Shown: piece after piece, positions 61,595 through 64,000 of the stretch
Numbering within the stretch: the first letter of the stretch is position 1
Layout: the number at the start of each line of letters is the position of its first letter
The notes under the pieces: generated by a model
What the model was told of the DNA's origin: nothing
Databases searched by the model: none
The model's input: only the letters and a program-made list of their open reading frames with translations
Translations under genes and position numbers: made by a program
NCBI GenBank assembly: GCA_050633305.1
Contig: JBOEGF010000019.1
Coordinates: 96,001 to 160,000, forward strand
Source: Nannocystales bacterium
GTDB lineage: Bacteria; Myxococcota_A; Polyangia; Nannocystales; Nannocystaceae
Length of the DNA: 64,000 nt
Reading direction: 5' to 3'

Positions 61595-64000
61595 TTAGGG
61601 AGCGCTCGGTGCTGGCTCGCCAAGCGTGGCGAGCAGTTCTTCGATCCGAACGGCGTCCGCGTCGGTGGCGGTCTCCAGGGCCTCACGGAAAGCCTCGGCC
61701 GCCGCGTCTGACTCGACATCGATCAAACTGCGACCCAACGCTTCATACAGCGAAGCGCGCTTCTTCCCGGTCCACCCCACGCGCCCTGCCAGCACCGACG
61801 CGCGCTCGAGGGCCGCGGTGGCCTGCGCATTGGCGCTTCCTTCCAAGTGAGCGAGACCCAGCCCGAGCAGGGCGTCGGCCAGCTGAGCGTCGCTCTTGGT
61901 CCCGTCGAGGGCGGTCACGGCATCGGCGTAGTGAGCCGCCGCGAGGCTGTGTTGATCTTGGGCGGTCTCGAGCTTGCCCATCGCGACATGCAAGGACGCC
62001 AACGTATCCGGGGACAGGCTGCTCTGCTTTGCGATGACGAGCGCGCGGTCGAAGCTCCTCGCGGCTTCGCGATGTTTGTTCGCCCCTGCGTTTGCGACAC
62101 CCAGGCCTTGGAGCGCGGAGACTAGCTCTGGGTGCGCGGGGCCAAAGGTGGACTCGCGGAGGGTGATGACCTCCACGAGGTACTGCGAGGCGGTGCTCCA
62201 CTCTTGGCGAGTGTTGGCCAGCTCGCCGAGCTCGAACAGGATGTCGGCGCGAAGGATCGTCGTGCGGGTGTCGCTGTCCTGCAACAGCGCGAGCGCGCGG
62301 TGATACGAGGCCAGGGCGTCGCGGTCCTGCCCTCGGCTGTGTTGGTGTGCGGCCTGGGCCACGAAGAGCTGCGCGCGCAGACGCTCGAGCTTGATCGCGT
62401 CCACGAGGGTGGTCGCGTGCTCGAGGGCGACCGCGCGTGCGGGCTCGACATCGTAGCGGCTCAGGGCGATCCAGGCTTCGGCCTGGGGAATGCGCAGCGA
62501 TGCCGCCGCGGCAATGGAAGCTGCCTCATGCAAGAGCGCCGCCGCCTCGGGAGCGCCGCTTCGGGCGGCGGCAAGCCCCATCACAAGCTTCGCGCGCACG
62601 AACGCGCTCGGGTCTTCGGAGGCGGAGAGGTTCTCGGTGGCGTGGCTCGCCCGGAGTTGGGCCGCTTGTGCATCTCCGGCCAGCAACAGTAGCCAAGCCT
62701 GGTCGACCTCGAGTTTCGCCGGGGAGTCGGACGGCTCGGCATAGTCGAGCATATCGCCCGAGCGGCAGTCGGCCGGTCGCCACAAGCCTGTGACGACTCG
62801 CTGTGCACCCTCGACCGCGCTGGCGGAAGCACCTTCTTCGACGGTGGTGTTGGCAAACGTGGCGAACGGCTGGAGCACACCGTCGAGGCAAGCGTTGCGC
62901 CGCGCGAGCAAGGCGTCGTCGTCGTCGGCCTGCCGAACTTTGCAGGCGAGCGAGTAGTACTCGAACCACTGGCTGCTCCAGTCGTCCATGCTCGCCTGGA
63001 CCTCGGCCCAGGAATCGGGGGCGTGCGGGCGGCCAGTGGCGAGGAAGGCCTCCTCGAGTGCGACTCGTGTGTCCGGGTCCCAGGCTCCATCGAGCAGGGC
63101 GGTGTCGGCCTCGCAGCGAGACGCCTCTCGCTGCACGAGGTAGGCGACTCCGGAAGCGGCGGCTGCGACACCCACGAGCACGCCGACGCCTGCAAGCCAC
63201 CGCCGGCGGCGACCGTCGGGGTCGTGCTCGAGGTGGCGGAGAACCATCTCCATCGAGGCGTAGCGATCTCGTCGTCGCGGGCTCATTCCCTTGAGGAGAA
63301 CCTCGCGCAACCACAGGGGAACGTCCGAGCCCTCGGGGGCAGGGCGGACGCTGTGCGCGAGCGCGGCGGCGGCGATGCTCTCCGGCGTGTCGCCCTTGAA
63401 CGGAACCTCGCCGTACAGCGCTTCGTACATCGCGGCACAGAACGCGAACTGGTCGGCCTTGGCGTCGGGCTCGATGCCGGCGTGCAGCTCGGGGGCGAGG
63501 TAGCGCGGCGTCCCGACGAGCTCCGCCCGAGGCGGGCGGGAGATGATGCTGTCCTCGCCGTCACTGCTCTTCGTGAGGCTGACGCCGAGACCTTCTTTGA
63601 GACCCTCGACCGTGAGCCGCGGGCTGGAGACCTCGGCAACCGGGGTTGCGAGCCCGAAGTCGACCACGCAGATCCGGCCCGACTTCTCCATGAACACGCG
63701 GCTGGGCGTGAAGTCTCCGTGAATACAACCCGCGGCGTGGGCTGCAGCGAGCCCTGAGCCTGCCTCACGGAAGACGCGCAGAACCTCGGGCCAGGGGAAG
63801 GGCTCGTCTCGCGCTTCCATCCATTGCCGAAGGTCGATACCGTCGATGAACTCCATCGCGACGTAGATGGCCTCGCCGATGGTTCCAGCGTCGAGGACCT
63901 CGACGATGGCGGGATGGTCGAGACCACCGCTGCGCATGATCCCCGTGATCACGGCGTCTCGGATCTGGTCGGCCTCGTCGTCGTCGTGCTCCGGAACCTC
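61595..64000 (-). CDS. Ser/Thr kinase-like protein with TM and TPR repeats (5' end beyond window)
   Basis: HP.IV.V.D, HGDFTPSR, DFGLA, GTPRYLAPE, ADQFAFC; TPR with GPAHPE. Confidence 0.9.
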   Translation of the reverse strand, partial: EVPEHDDDEADQIRDAVITGIMRSGGLDHPAIVEVLDAGTIGEAIYVAMEFIDGIDLRQWMEARDEPFPWPEVLRVFREAGSGLAAAHAAGCIHGDFTPSRVFMEKSGRICVVDFGLATPVAEVSSPRLTVEGLKEGLGVSLTKSSDGEDSIISRPPRAELVGTPRYLAPELHAGIEPDAKADQFAFCAAMYEALYGEVPFKGDTPESIAAAALAHSVRPAPEGSDVPLWLREVLLKGMSPRRRDRYASMEMVLRHLEHDPDGRRRRWLAGVGVLVGVAAAASGVAYLVQREASRCEADTALLDGAWDPDTRVALEEAFLATGRPHAPDSWAEVQASMDDWSSQWFEYYSLACKVRQADDDDALLARRNACLDGVLQPFATFANTTVEEGASASAVEGAQRVVTGLWRPADCRSGDMLDYAEPSDSPAKLEVDQAWLLLLAGDAQAAQLRASHATENLSASEDPSAFVRAKLVMGLAAARSGAPEAAALLHEAASIAAAASLRIPQAEAWIALSRYDVEPARAVALEHATTLVDAIKLERLRAQLFVAQAAHQHSRGQDRDALASYHRALALLQDSDTRTTILRADILFELGELANTRQEWSTASQYLVEVITLRESTFGPAHPELVSALQGLGVANAGANKHREAARSFDRALVIAKQSSLSPDTLASLHVAMGKLETAQDQHSLAAAHYADAVTALDGTKSDAQLADALLGLGLAHLEGSANAQATAALERASVLAGRVGWTGKKRASLYEALGRSLIDVESDAAAEAFREALETATDADAVRIEELLATLGEPAPSAP

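Overview
High-GC chromosomal segment that looks myxobacterial, probably Nannocystaceae-like. This is inferred from the four Ser/Thr (pseudo)kinases, a MYXO-CTERM protease, a GKAD-motif lipoprotein, DUF1592/DUF1552 genes and an spd-type EF-G. Housekeeping genes (asd, tkt, fusA, prfC, pckA, dus) are interspersed with many secreted Cys/Thr-rich lipoproteins. Also present are an orphan Wzc, PhoD, a phosphate-type porin, and an ECF sigma/FecR-TPR anti-sigma/surface-protein triad divergent from a BNR lipoprotein-DUF1592-DUF1552 operon. The most notable unannotated signals are: (1) a candidate Fur-boxed, intrinsically terminated ~125-nt sRNA at ~8555-8678, antisense to both neighbours; (2) a decayed orphan Rhs locus whose frameshift-hidden C-terminus carries a JAB/DUF4329-like HxH motif and abuts a putative immunity gene, next to an exact 35-bp duplication; (3) a Pho-box-like triple 11-bp repeat upstream of the porin; (4) a recurring leaderless-type architecture, with a TAnnnT box 5-8 nt before many start codons. 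No rRNA, tRNA, CRISPR array or transposase was recognised. All domain calls are by-eye motif recognition; no searches were run.
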